Below are positions 9,710 to 19,271 of a stretch of DNA of 64,000 nt, in pieces (positions within the stretch are counted from its first letter, which is position 1; each line of letters begins with the position of its first letter). The translations under genes and the position numbers were made by a program. Under the pieces are notes generated by a model. It saw nothing but the letters and a program-made list of their open reading frames with translations. It did not search any database and was not told the origin of the DNA. Where the stretch lies: positions 32,103 to 96,102 of IMG/VR virus record IMGVR_UViG_3300032250_000391; one strand, given 5' to 3'. This DNA comes from a virus (Duplodnaviria > Caudoviricetes).

Positions 9710-10618
9710 TTAGATGTTTGTAACACCTTTAAGACGAGCAAGAGACTTAGTTGATTTTAGTGCCAAACCTGCATACCATTTCAAACGGATACGTGTAGCA
9801 TCTTTGTTTTGAACAGTACCAATGTTTTCAACAACTAAACCAGCGTTTTCACCGCCGTACAAGCCATGTAAGCCGTCAACTTCGTTTAAACGAGCCGCGT
9901 ATACAGAGCAAGTGTTAGAAACTGAAGTGCCTTGTGTTTCATCGCCTGGCAAGAATTCATTCATGATAACTGGAATGCCATTGTGAGTTAACATTGGGCG
10001 ACCGAAGTTTTCCAATTGTTGCATCACAGCGTCAGTACCGTAAGTTGCACGTAACAAAGTGCGGAATGCACGAATAGTGCCACGACGCATTACGATAACA
10101 TCTGGGCCGTTAGGTACAGTGTCACATAATTGGTCAAGCATAGCTAATGTTAATGCACCGCCGTTAGTGCCAGCGCTAACTAATTGGTTAGTGTTGTCAT
10201 TTAATACAGACAAACCATCGAATTGCTTCGCGTTAGTACCAGAGTTACCAGTAGCTACAGTTTGTTGGAAAGCGTAAGACAAAGCTTTTGCTTTCTTAGC
10301 AATCTGAATCGCCATTTGGTCGTTGGTGTCACCCATTGTTGTTTGTAGGAATTTGTCAACGTCAACGTCACCAGCCAAGATACGTAACTTAGTAACAACT
10401 TCAGTGAACGTAGCGGCGTTTTCGCTTACTGTGTCGTTAGGGTCTAAGAAATCTGCGGTTGGTAAAGCGTTTTCACGAGTATAGACATAAGCCTTACCGT
10501 TTACGCCAACAAAAGGCATTACTGCGAACAAGTCATCACGAGTGATGATTTGGTCAATTACACCAGAGATAAGCTGATTTGTACTCAGTTTCTCGGCTTC
10601 AACTCTAAGAAGAGCCAT
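9710..10618 (-). CDS. Major capsid protein (HK97 fold)
   Basis: 302 aa after scaffold; GDVDVDKF, FDGL and RLKWYAGLAL motifs. Confidence 0.9.
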   Translation of the reverse strand: MALLRVEAEKLSTNQLISGVIDQIITRDDLFAVMPFVGVNGKAYVYTRENALPTADFLDPNDTVSENAATFTEVVTKLRILAGDVDVDKFLQTTMGDTNDQMAIQIAKKAKALSYAFQQTVATGNSGTNAKQFDGLSVLNDNTNQLVSAGTNGGALTLAMLDQLCDTVPNGPDVIVMRRGTIRAFRTLLRATYGTDAVMQQLENFGRPMLTHNGIPVIMNEFLPGDETQGTSVSNTCSVYAARLNEVDGLHGLYGGENAGLVVENIGTVQNKDATRIRLKWYAGLALKSTKSLARLKGVTNI

Positions 10619-10690
10619 AATTTACTCCTTGATTTTAAAAAAGTTAAATTTGGAAACAGTAAGTAACTCGCTTAACTCACTAATGACTTA

Positions 10691-11605
10691 CTATATCACA
10701 CTTCCACCTGGTTTGCCAAGAGTTTTAAGACCCGCAGCAATTCTTCCAATTCCATCTAATTCGCTTGCTTTGTTGTCTTGTCTGCCAGTAGGTTTATTAC
10801 TGTCAGAGCCAGCACCAGGCTTCGCTTTAGACTTAAACAAGAAATCTTTATCAGGGTCGGATTCGACTACTTTACGAAGCGCTTCATCAAAACCAACATT
10901 GTTGCCATATTGGTCAACAATAGCTGTTCTGTTTTCTGCGCCTTTAGGCTTGTCGTAACCAATCACTTTACCGTCAACTACGTCAAAGTAGTCGCCGTAA
11001 ATAACGCGAGCTTTACTAGGCGTTAGAGTAAGTTCTTCGCTAATCAATTTAGATTGACTAAACTGAGTACCAACGGACAATTCGTTAATAGTAGAAAGTG
11101 CTTTTTGAAGATTTGTCTGGTTTTCTGTTACGCTGTTTTTAAGAGAATCAATCTCTTTAGCGTGTTCTTCTGCCATTCTTTGCTTTAATCGTTCCCAGTC
11201 ACCTTTGGCTTCGAGTTGTTGCTTTTCAGCAGACTCTCTTTCTTTCAGTAACGCACGAACAGAATCGGCATCAATGCCTTCAAATTTCTTGAGTTGCTCT
11301 TTCGCTTGAGCAAGCTCAGATTGTGTCTTGTCTAAAGATTCCTTCTTCTTCATTACTTCTTTAAGAAGTCGAGCCTCTTCGTCAGACAGCTTTCCTTTGC
11401 TATCGCTTTCGCCGCTAGTCTTACTTTGTTCGCCAGCTTTTTTACCTGTATCACCGCTTGTATTATTTGCGTCGCTCACGCTGTTTACAACATTGCCTGC
11501 GTCACTAGAATTATCACTAAGGCTACCGCCACTTGCACTGCCGTCTGCTCCATCACTTGCTTCGCTCATGTAACGAGCTAAGAAATTACGTGTAAATTTA
11601 CTCAC
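10691..11605 (-). CDS. Capsid scaffolding protein
   Basis: Acidic and coiled-coil, between portal and capsid. Confidence 0.75.
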   Translation of the reverse strand: MSKFTRNFLARYMSEASDGADGSASGGSLSDNSSDAGNVVNSVSDANNTSGDTGKKAGEQSKTSGESDSKGKLSDEEARLLKEVMKKKESLDKTQSELAQAKEQLKKFEGIDADSVRALLKERESAEKQQLEAKGDWERLKQRMAEEHAKEIDSLKNSVTENQTNLQKALSTINELSVGTQFSQSKLISEELTLTPSKARVIYGDYFDVVDGKVIGYDKPKGAENRTAIVDQYGNNVGFDEALRKVVESDPDKDFLFKSKAKPGAGSDSNKPTGRQDNKASELDGIGRIAAGLKTLGKPGGSVI

Positions 11606-11675
11606 TATCGTGCCTTTCAGACCATTCTCTTGGTCTAGTTATTTAAAAAATACCAACGAGTCTCTTCGTCGGCGT

Positions 11676-13268
11676 CTACCGAGCGTTCTGACCACCAGTG
11701 TTATTTAACGCTGATTGGGCAAAACTACCCTGAAGATTGGACGCAACCTCTGATACTCCCAAAGGCCACTCATTTTCAATTTCATCTTCAATTTGTTTTC
11801 GCAAATCTTTAGATAATTGAGGAAATAATTTATTGACTAATGCAATCATTTGTTGCCTGCGTACCGTGTGCGGGCCTTCCACCAACAGTAATCTGGCAGC
11901 CATGTCGATTTCGTCAAACAGCGTTCTTGTGTCGAAGCTATCTGGATAACTAACTAAGTCATTTTTGACTAACTCGTATTCACCGTTCCAGATTGCAACC
12001 AATAAAGTTAATTGATTTTCTACGCGCTCTAAGCTGTCTGCTTTAGTTGTTAATAGTGCGTTTACGCGCTCGAAGTCAAAAGCCTTGGCAACGCCAGAGC
12101 TATTATCAATACCGACTGCATTATCTTGCTTGGTGCGTTCACCGGCGAGACCTACAGTGTGGTAAATTTCATTAATAATCTTGTTAATAATGGAAAGAAT
12201 AAGTTCGGCTTGCTTGACGTCTGGAGACAAGTAAAAAGGCTGACTGCCGCTTTCACCGTCGTAAAGAAACACGCGTTTCGTGCCCATCTCAACTAATTTG
12301 GCATACATGTCTTCGCCAGGAAGAATGCCTTGAGCTGGCATTGCTAATTGTGAGAAAGTTTGGTCTTGTATAATGGCATCAAGGTTAGATAAGTAGTTTG
12401 CCACCGCTCTGTCTAGATAAGCGATGTCGTCAATCATTGACGAAGAGCCGTAAAGCTCATCCGTAATTGCATTATCGGCAAGAATCAACGGAACAACGCC
12501 AAGACCATGCACGCCGTTTGACTCCAGTAAAATAACTTTCCTTCTGCCTTCTTTAATTTCTTTAAAAAGAAACCATTCTGTTTTAGTCCACAAACGCCAT
12601 CTAACATCTTCTGAACCGCTCGAAACCATAGGGTCTTCGTCATCACGAACGCACTCCTCAATTAAAGCCCAGTTAAGTGCGCCTGAGCTATCGTAAGAAT
12701 AATCAAGTAACTGTTCGGGTCCGACAATGTATGCGTAGGTTTGAGCGCCTGCTCGTTTTTCGTCCGCAATAGAGGGACCTTCAATGGCTGGAGTTCTGTC
12801 AACAATAATGCCTATGCGACCAAAAATAGAAGTTTTCTTTGATACTTGGCGAATAAAATCTTTAACGTTTAGACCGCTACGGGTAGCGCTACTCCAGAAT
12901 TGCTTTACAGAGGCGGGAGCGTCTTCTTCATTCCGAAGAATGTTTTGCTTAAATAAATACTTGTTAACCAAGTCAACAACTTCACGCGTATGATTAAAGC
13001 GATAAGCGCGTTCTACGCGAGAGTTATACTCCAAGTCGCCTTCTTTAATGTAGCGGAAAATGTTGTCTTTAAACCATTCTCTACCACCTTCATAGGTTTC
13101 TTCTAAAAAATACCAATGCTTGCAGTTTTCTTCATACTCAGGATGACGACGGTCAACGAGTGTGCGAAGCTTTTTCTGGTCATCAGTTTGCGGCACAACC
13201 GTAGACTGAAAATCATCAGATTGAGGATATATAAAGGCAACTTGGCCTGGTTTAATTACGCTTGACAT
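11676..13268 (-). CDS. Portal protein
   Basis: 530 aa after terminase; HPEY..., HGLGVVP and SGVAK motifs. Confidence 0.85.
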   Translation of the reverse strand: MSSVIKPGQVAFIYPQSDDFQSTVVPQTDDQKKLRTLVDRRHPEYEENCKHWYFLEETYEGGREWFKDNIFRYIKEGDLEYNSRVERAYRFNHTREVVDLVNKYLFKQNILRNEEDAPASVKQFWSSATRSGLNVKDFIRQVSKKTSIFGRIGIIVDRTPAIEGPSIADEKRAGAQTYAYIVGPEQLLDYSYDSSGALNWALIEECVRDDEDPMVSSGSEDVRWRLWTKTEWFLFKEIKEGRRKVILLESNGVHGLGVVPLILADNAITDELYGSSSMIDDIAYLDRAVANYLSNLDAIIQDQTFSQLAMPAQGILPGEDMYAKLVEMGTKRVFLYDGESGSQPFYLSPDVKQAELILSIINKIINEIYHTVGLAGERTKQDNAVGIDNSSGVAKAFDFERVNALLTTKADSLERVENQLTLLVAIWNGEYELVKNDLVSYPDSFDTRTLFDEIDMAARLLLVEGPHTVRRQQMIALVNKLFPQLSKDLRKQIEDEIENEWPLGVSEVASNLQGSFAQSALNNTGGQNAR

Positions 13269-13308
13269 ATTTCTCCATTAAATCACGAGTGACTTACTTT
13301 TGCAAGTC

Positions 13309-14538
13309 TTATATTGACAAACCACCAACATGAACTTTACGCAAAGAATATTGGTGCTCTATTGCATAACCGAGCGCATCAGTCGAGTGTTCCTTGCTTT
13401 GCGTTTTATCTACTTCGCGCTCACCTTTTTTGTAAATTGTTTCTTCCAATGACTCAATTAAGTGCTTACATCTTGAGTCCACTCTAAGTCTAACCTCGCC
13501 CTGTGCGTTTTTTAACAATGCGTTTACCGAGTTAATTCGGTCAGCTACCGCTGGATGCTTGCGTCTAAAAAGAATTCTAGTAAAGCCTTTTTCTCTAAAA
13601 ATATCCAAGTCAGTTTCGCCGCGAGCATGCTGACGGCTGTTTGAAGCGGGGTCAGGAAAAATAACTATGTTGTTTTTTTGACGCCAATATTTTTTATCTA
13701 GCATGTTGCAAGTTTCTTCGGTGTTTGAACCAAAAAGAACAACTTCATCTATCGCCCATAGCTCGCCATTTGCTTGAGGCTGCAAAATAACGCTACTCAT
13801 TGGGTCAACGTTAAAGTCTTGTCCAACCCAAATTGGCAGTTCAGGATTAAACTCGTAATTACCGACATGCAGTTTTCTATCAAATGGATAATAAACTCGA
13901 CCCGACATGGTTTCGAAAGACGCTTCAAACTCTTGTCTAAAACTTTTTTCATCCATGTCTCTTCTGGCAGCTTCAATTTCGGCAATCGGAATAAAAGGAC
14001 TGGTAATGGTTGGAAACTGCCAACTCATCCATTGATTTGTCCCTTGATTTTCGTCTTCCTGACCAAGAATATATAAATCGTGCAGATGATTGTAGGCTTT
14101 TGGCGTGCCGATAAATAAACCGTGTCCGCCCGTAGAAGCCAAAGTTGGGCGCAAAACCTGTGTCCAGGCTTCTGGCTCAATGTCTTGAATTTCGTCCATA
14201 ACAAGCAAATGAATTCCAACACCGCGAAGACTGTCTGGATTATCGGCACCTTTAAGCTCAATAGTAGTTTTATTGATTAAAGTAATTGTCATGGTCGTTT
14301 CGTTTAGCTTTTTAATCCACTTTTTAGGCAGCACATCAAGAATTTCTTGCCACATAATTTGTTTTGCCATTCGATAAGACGGAGCAACGTACCAAATTTT
14401 GCGGTTCTTGATAGAGGCGTACTTAATCATAAGAGTGCGAGATAAAGCGGTCTTTCCCCAACGACGACCAGCCACCACAACTCTAAAACGATGCGGGGAC
14501 TTATATACTTCCATTTGTTTTGGATGGAGCGAAATCAA
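13309..14538 (-). CDS. terL: Terminase large subunit
   Basis: Walker A AGRRWGKT, Walker B LLVMDE, coupling motif GTP, nuclease GQDFN...DALGY. Confidence 0.95.
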   Translation of the reverse strand: MISLHPKQMEVYKSPHRFRVVVAGRRWGKTALSRTLMIKYASIKNRKIWYVAPSYRMAKQIMWQEILDVLPKKWIKKLNETTMTITLINKTTIELKGADNPDSLRGVGIHLLVMDEIQDIEPEAWTQVLRPTLASTGGHGLFIGTPKAYNHLHDLYILGQEDENQGTNQWMSWQFPTITSPFIPIAEIEAARRDMDEKSFRQEFEASFETMSGRVYYPFDRKLHVGNYEFNPELPIWVGQDFNVDPMSSVILQPQANGELWAIDEVVLFGSNTEETCNMLDKKYWRQKNNIVIFPDPASNSRQHARGETDLDIFREKGFTRILFRRKHPAVADRINSVNALLKNAQGEVRLRVDSRCKHLIESLEETIYKKGEREVDKTQSKEHSTDALGYAIEHQYSLRKVHVGGLSI

Positions 14539-15227
14539 TCTTCGTCCTCGTCAGATTCGGAATCATCAAATTTCATTTCATCCTTAGTATCAAGAACTTC
14601 TTCAAGAAGCTTTTCAGCGTCCCTCTGACCTGGCGCCGAGAAGTCTCTATTTCTAAGCTCTGCAATTTGTTCCTGACTTAGCTCGTTTACCACTAACTCT
14701 GGAATTACTCCGTCATCGTCTTTTTCGACATTTAAACCGAGTACAGCGTAACGCTCGGAGCGAGCTTTTTCTAATACACCCATCGCCAAATTTAAAGCCT
14801 TCATTGAGCCGGTAATAGTCGAAAACGCTCTGCCCTCTTTCTGAGATTTGGCAACTTCCATCCATGTCAACTTGGCAATTGCGGATGCCATGCGATAGTG
14901 GTCTTCTTTAGTCTCTTTAGTACGCTCGGCAGTAATAGAAGCCTCAGAAACAATTTTGTCTACCATCTTTTCGCGTACACGTTCTGTGATTTCTTCCGAC
15001 AATTCGCCCTTCTTAGCGCCACGAGCTTTCATCAGATTCATAATGGAGCGACCTGTACGTCCAAACTTCTTTCCTAATTGCTCAGACGTGTATTCGCCGC
15101 TCGCCCACATTGACTCTAATTGAATCAACTGACGTTCGCTTAATGGAGTTTTGCCAGTACCACCGCTACGCTTAGGCGTATGTAAGGTGTCTTCTGGAAT
15201 TTTAGTGTCTGCGGTTTTTTCGGTCAT
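14535..15227 (-). CDS. Terminase small subunit (putative)
   Basis: N-terminal HTH; overlaps the terL start. Confidence 0.7.
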   Translation of the reverse strand: MTEKTADTKIPEDTLHTPKRSGGTGKTPLSERQLIQLESMWASGEYTSEQLGKKFGRTGRSIMNLMKARGAKKGELSEEITERVREKMVDKIVSEASITAERTKETKEDHYRMASAIAKLTWMEVAKSQKEGRAFSTITGSMKALNLAMGVLEKARSERYAVLGLNVEKDDDGVIPELVVNELSQEQIAELRNRDFSAPGQRDAEKLLEEVLDTKDEMKFDDSESDEDED

Positions 15228-15235
15228 ACGAGACT

Positions 15236-15266
15236 AAAAAAGTGGGCGCAAGAGAAGAAGCGCCCA
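15236..15266 (-). terminator. Rho-independent terminator just upstream of terS
   Basis: TGGGCGC-N10-GCGCCCA followed by CTTTTTT. Confidence 0.75.
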
Positions 15267-15314
15267 TATTGCACACTAGGAGGAGAAACTTCATCGTATA
15301 GATGAGGCTTTTCT

Positions 15315-15342
15315 ATTATATTTAAAACGCCTAAAAAGTCAA
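15315..15342 (-). promoter_or_regulatory. Sigma70-like promoter (putative late promoter)
   Basis: TTGACT-N16-TATAAT, overlapped by the palindrome at 15339-15356. Confidence 0.6.
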
Positions 15343-15502
15343 TCATTAATGACTTAACAATATTAACCATAAAACCTTTATTTCCGCTTGTTTTACTGAA
15401 TTTGGATTAAAATACAATTACTTGGGGTTTCCCTTTATATATAATAAATTTTTAAATAAATAATATAAATAAATTATTAGATATAACATGGAAATAATTG
15501 GG

Positions 15503-15826
15503 TTAAATGTCTAACTCAAGTTGCAAGTCATCATCGTAAAAGTCTTCCATTATAGAAGTTGGTGCAACTTTGTTACTTTCAAAGTGTTGAACGCCTAACG
15601 GTGTTAATCCAATTAGCACGCGGTTTCTGCCTCTTCTTTTTTCCATACCAAGCTTTATTGCCCACTCATGACGAATCATAGTGCGCAAAGTAAACTGAAA
15701 CGCTTGCTTGGTTGTTTTGTAATCTAGTCGTTCTAAAATTTGGTCAAGGTCAACTGAAGATTTATCTTCGTTTCCCAAACTTAATACTTTCATAACATAC
15801 AAATGCTTTTCTGATGGGTATTCCAT
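15503..15826 (-). CDS. Winged-helix DNA-binding protein
   Basis: MarR-like wing and IGLTPLG motif. Confidence 0.6.
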   Translation of the reverse strand: MEYPSEKHLYVMKVLSLGNEDKSSVDLDQILERLDYKTTKQAFQFTLRTMIRHEWAIKLGMEKRRGRNRVLIGLTPLGVQHFESNKVAPTSIMEDFYDDDLQLELDI

Positions 15827-15827
15827 A

Positions 15828-16706
15828 TTATGCTTTCATTCTTAAAGGCTCATTAACGCCTTGTTTATCAAACTCTAAAACTGGAATTCTTTCTGGAATC
15901 TTGCGACCGCAATCTGGGTTTATGTACACTCCATAAAGCGGGCAAGCAAAAATTAACTGTTGTAGATTTTTAAGTAAGGCACCAATCGGCATTTCATCAA
16001 CGCGCTTAGTGCCATTCAGTCTAGCGTTTCCGCTTTTCTCCATAGAAGAGTAGCGGTAGTAAAAGTCACGCAAACCCTGTACAACGTTTTCACGAACGTG
16101 ATTGGGCATTGCTTCAATTTCTTCCATTACCGCAACATAATCATTTGGATTGCTTACAATGTAGCGTGTAAACAACTCCACTCCTCTTTCGTAGTTCGCA
16201 GAGCGCTTAGGCTTTGTAAACCTAAAACCCGCCTTTTGAGCAAATGGGTTAAAGCGGCTCATTGAACTTTGAAACTCTATATACCGCCAACCGCTCATGC
16301 GACACATAATGTTTTGCATGCGATAAGCAATACCTACGCCGCGATACATGGTGTCTAACACTAAACGACTGTTGGTTCGCATGTTGGCGTTTACCCAGTC
16401 GGCTCGATGTTGATTCATCATTCGAGTATCGAGACCGCTTTGATTAGGTCGCAAATGTGCAAAAACTTCATTCCTGCCAGAACTAAGCATCTTGGATACT
16501 GTTAACATTCCAACGCCAATAGTCTGACCGCGCAATACACAACGATAAAACGCTGGGCCTACTGGAATTTTTTCAGCTTTATAGTGAAGCTCATGCAGTA
16601 AATTCCAGTCATCTTTTGTGCCTCGTTCAACATAAATTTCTTTAAGCAGTGAAAAGGCATGATTGGAAGGCACACTGCGGCGCTCAATAAAAATATCCTC
16701 AGTCAT
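15828..16706 (-). CDS. GNAT-fold (Mom-like) acyltransferase, putative DNA modification enzyme
   Basis: LHY motif, SRLVLDTMYRGVGIA acyl-CoA loop, MSRFNPFAQKAGF. Confidence 0.65.
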   Translation of the reverse strand: MTEDIFIERRSVPSNHAFSLLKEIYVERGTKDDWNLLHELHYKAEKIPVGPAFYRCVLRGQTIGVGMLTVSKMLSSGRNEVFAHLRPNQSGLDTRMMNQHRADWVNANMRTNSRLVLDTMYRGVGIAYRMQNIMCRMSGWRYIEFQSSMSRFNPFAQKAGFRFTKPKRSANYERGVELFTRYIVSNPNDYVAVMEEIEAMPNHVRENVVQGLRDFYYRYSSMEKSGNARLNGTKRVDEMPIGALLKNLQQLIFACPLYGVYINPDCGRKIPERIPVLEFDKQGVNEPLRMKA

Positions 16707-17106
16707 TATTGGTTTTGGATTGTTTTAAGTTGAGACTGTTGCGCCATTCTTTTTTGTCAAAATTACTTGCCGTTAAGAATGAATCTATTCTGTGTGTGCG
16801 CATATTTTTTTGGTATAACTTTTCAATATGATGGTCATGCACGTAAATGCTAAGTGCAATTCCAATTGCACCGCCAATTGCCGAGACAATTAGCACCAAA
16901 ATATTGCCATTGACCGCATATTTAACAAATACGAACTGCGCAATGCTAATTCCTACGCTAGTCATTGCGGCTGCAAAATATTTACTTTTATGTACGTGTT
17001 TGCTTTGTAAGCCAAGTAAAAAAACCACCACAAAGCTAGAAGTAAACATTGCTAAGTAATCAATTAAATCAAACATTGACTGTTTCCTTGTATTCTCCAT
17101 CTGCAA
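16699..17106 (-). CDS. Small membrane protein
   Basis: Three hydrophobic segments. Confidence 0.6.
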   Translation of the reverse strand: MQMENTRKQSMFDLIDYLAMFTSSFVVVFLLGLQSKHVHKSKYFAAAMTSVGISIAQFVFVKYAVNGNILVLIVSAIGGAIGIALSIYVHDHHIEKLYQKNMRTHRIDSFLTASNFDKKEWRNSLNLKQSKTNND

Positions 17107-17737
17107 GCACTTTAATTTTTAATTTTTCTCTAAAGCGCTTTTCGATGTATAAAGTTGGCGCCAAATCATCAATTAAATCTGTATGTGTCGTTGCGACAAG
17201 CAACGTAACGCCTAAAGACCTGGCGACTTTCTGAATACTGAATGAAATGGCGGCAGCAGATACTCGGTCTAAAATGGCCATAAATTCATCCGCCACCCAT
17301 ACCGTTGCGTTGGACTCAATAAGCTTGGCTAAACGAAAGCGGTATTTTTGCCCGTCTGATAACTCTGCTGGCTTTCTAACAAACAAATAAGCGTCATTTA
17401 AACCAGCAATGGATAAGTATTTCATGGCTTCGTTAAGGTCTTTGCCAATTTGGTCAATAAGCGGCTTATCTTCAAACTGAACATCGTCAATATTCATGAC
17501 ATTTAAACCACTAATTTTCATTTGATTAGCAAGTTCACGAAGTAGAACGGTTTTGCCCGCTCCAGATTGACCCGTAATGTAAACAACATCGCCATCAAGC
17601 ACTTCTAATTCAAGCTCGTTAAAAATAACAAACTCTTTATCATCAAGACCTAGCCCAAAAGCCTCTGCAATTTCTAATACTCTGGCGCTTCGCTCCACAC
17701 GCGTTTGAAACTTTTTATTAATTACGTATTTAGTCAT
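17069..17737 (-). CDS. Stand-alone ABC-family ATPase
   Basis: GQSGAGKT, signature LSDGQ, VADEF, TTH. Confidence 0.85.
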   Translation of the reverse strand: MTKYVINKKFQTRVERSARVLEIAEAFGLGLDDKEFVIFNELELEVLDGDVVYITGQSGAGKTVLLRELANQMKISGLNVMNIDDVQFEDKPLIDQIGKDLNEAMKYLSIAGLNDAYLFVRKPAELSDGQKYRFRLAKLIESNATVWVADEFMAILDRVSAAAISFSIQKVARSLGVTLLVATTHTDLIDDLAPTLYIEKRFREKLKIKVLADGEYKETVNV

Positions 17738-17744
17738 TCGTGAC

Positions 17745-18401
17745 TTACCAACTTACAGACAAAGATTCAGCAAAGCTAACTAACGCTTCTGCGCCTTTTT
17801 TGCCTGTGCTAGATTCAACTTCTGCCATAAAGCGCGTCAAAGTGCGCTGAGAAGAGCCTGGCACCGTCTTAAAGCCAAAAACTTTGTAAAGAGGTATATC
17901 TTTGCTGTCTACGGCTTCGGCAGTCTCTCTGCTCGATTCTGTGTGCTTCTCAAGCTCATTATCAAGGTCATCTACAAAGCCGGCTAAATCTATCTCGCCT
18001 AAATCAGCATCCATAAAGTCTAATTCTTTGGAATCAAAAATTCCTTTAAGGTCGTATTCGAGCGAGGCAAGTTCTTGTTGTAGCTTTTCAGTGTCAATAT
18101 CTGAGATTGCTACTCGATTGTCAGCCAGTCTGGCAGCCCTAACTGCTTCAGGCGATAAATCTGCTCTGACGACCACAGGGACGGTAGCAAGACCAAGCTT
18201 GATTGCCGCCAATCGTCTTCCATGACCCTTGATGACAACGCCGTCAGCGTCAACAACAATAGGCTGGTCAAAGCCAAATTCTTTGATGGACTTTGCAATC
18301 TTCTCAATTTGCACATTGTCGTGATTTTTCGCATTAAGTTCGTATGGTTTGACATCATCAATTTTCCAATCTAATACTTTTATAAGTGTTTCTCTTGCCA
18401 T
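17745..18401 (-). CDS. ParB/Srx-like protein
   Basis: KPYELNAK.H, FGFDQPIVVD, GHGRRLAA, RLADNR. Confidence 0.85.
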   Translation of the reverse strand: MARETLIKVLDWKIDDVKPYELNAKNHDNVQIEKIAKSIKEFGFDQPIVVDADGVVIKGHGRRLAAIKLGLATVPVVVRADLSPEAVRAARLADNRVAISDIDTEKLQQELASLEYDLKGIFDSKELDFMDADLGEIDLAGFVDDLDNELEKHTESSRETAEAVDSKDIPLYKVFGFKTVPGSSQRTLTRFMAEVESSTGKKGAEALVSFAESLSVSW

Positions 18402-18565
18402 TAAGCGACTCTCTTCAGTAAAAGAATTTTTTTAGAAAATAAAGCGCCTTCTGAGTAGTCATCGGCGGCGGGTTCAAATTGGTCTGCATTTTCGCAGAAC
18501 TCACATACGTCTTCGTCTTCGCCATTAAATTGGCAATAATCACATTCTTCAAATCTATCAGTCAT
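18401..18565 (-). CDS. 54-aa Cys-rich (CxxC...CxxC) protein, missing from the ORF track
   Basis: MTDRFEECDYCQFNGEDEDVCEFCENADQF...; overlaps both flanking ParB genes. Confidence 0.6.
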   Translation of the reverse strand: MTDRFEECDYCQFNGEDEDVCEFCENADQFEPAADDYSEGALFSKKILLLKRVA

Positions 18566-19199
18566 CGTTAGTCACCAAGTAAACAAGAGCATTTCCAGCA
18601 TTCATAAGAGAATCATCGTCCATAAAACCTTGCGTTTTCATAATTGACTCAATAACCGACTGGACAGCGGCGGCATCTTCCATCGGAACTTTAAAACGCA
18701 TAATTTGATGGGTTTGTACCTTTGAGCTTGTCGGCAATATAGGCAGTTCATCGGAATCCGGTAATTCGAGTTCATCGAGCGATATACTAGTGCTAGAGAA
18801 TATTGAATTTAAGTCGTCGTTCGAGTAAGGCATGTATGAAGAGATATCTTCAAACTCGCCAAGCTCTTTTAAAAGTTCAGCCAATTGCAAAGTGTCATCA
18901 ATGCCGTATCTGCCGTTATCAACTAAACTAATTTCTTTCGCCTTGTCGTCAGATATTTTGCCAAGATTTATAATGGGAATCTCTTTAAAGCCCAGTCTAA
19001 TTGACGACTCAACTCGGTGTTCGCCGCCTAGAATCTGTAGCGCACCATTTGCCAACTCTCGACAAATAATTGGTTTAAACATGCCAAACCGCTTAACTGA
19101 GTTGTCCAGCTTTGTTTGGTTTTCAGGGTCGACCATATTTGTATTCCAAGGATTCTTGGTTAATTTTTTAGGGTCGATGGCTAAGTTTTTGATTTCCAT
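18558..19199 (-). CDS. ParB/Srx-like protein
   Basis: NPWNTN, FGMFKPII, GGEHR motifs. Confidence 0.85.
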   Translation of the reverse strand: MEIKNLAIDPKKLTKNPWNTNMVDPENQTKLDNSVKRFGMFKPIICRELANGALQILGGEHRVESSIRLGFKEIPIINLGKISDDKAKEISLVDNGRYGIDDTLQLAELLKELGEFEDISSYMPYSNDDLNSIFSSTSISLDELELPDSDELPILPTSSKVQTHQIMRFKVPMEDAAAVQSVIESIMKTQGFMDDDSLMNAGNALVYLVTNDD

Positions 19200-19271
19200 T
19201 AGGTTCCATATTGTTAATAAGTCATTGGTGACTTATACTACTCCAAATATTTTATAGAGGCAAGAGCTGAA

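Noticed and set aside
16699-17737. ABC transporter
   Set aside because: No substrate-binding protein or typical permease; the GNAT/ParB/terminase context fits better, though the small membrane protein is unexplained
17745-19199. Plasmid partition system
   Set aside because: No ParA in the window and the element is integrated
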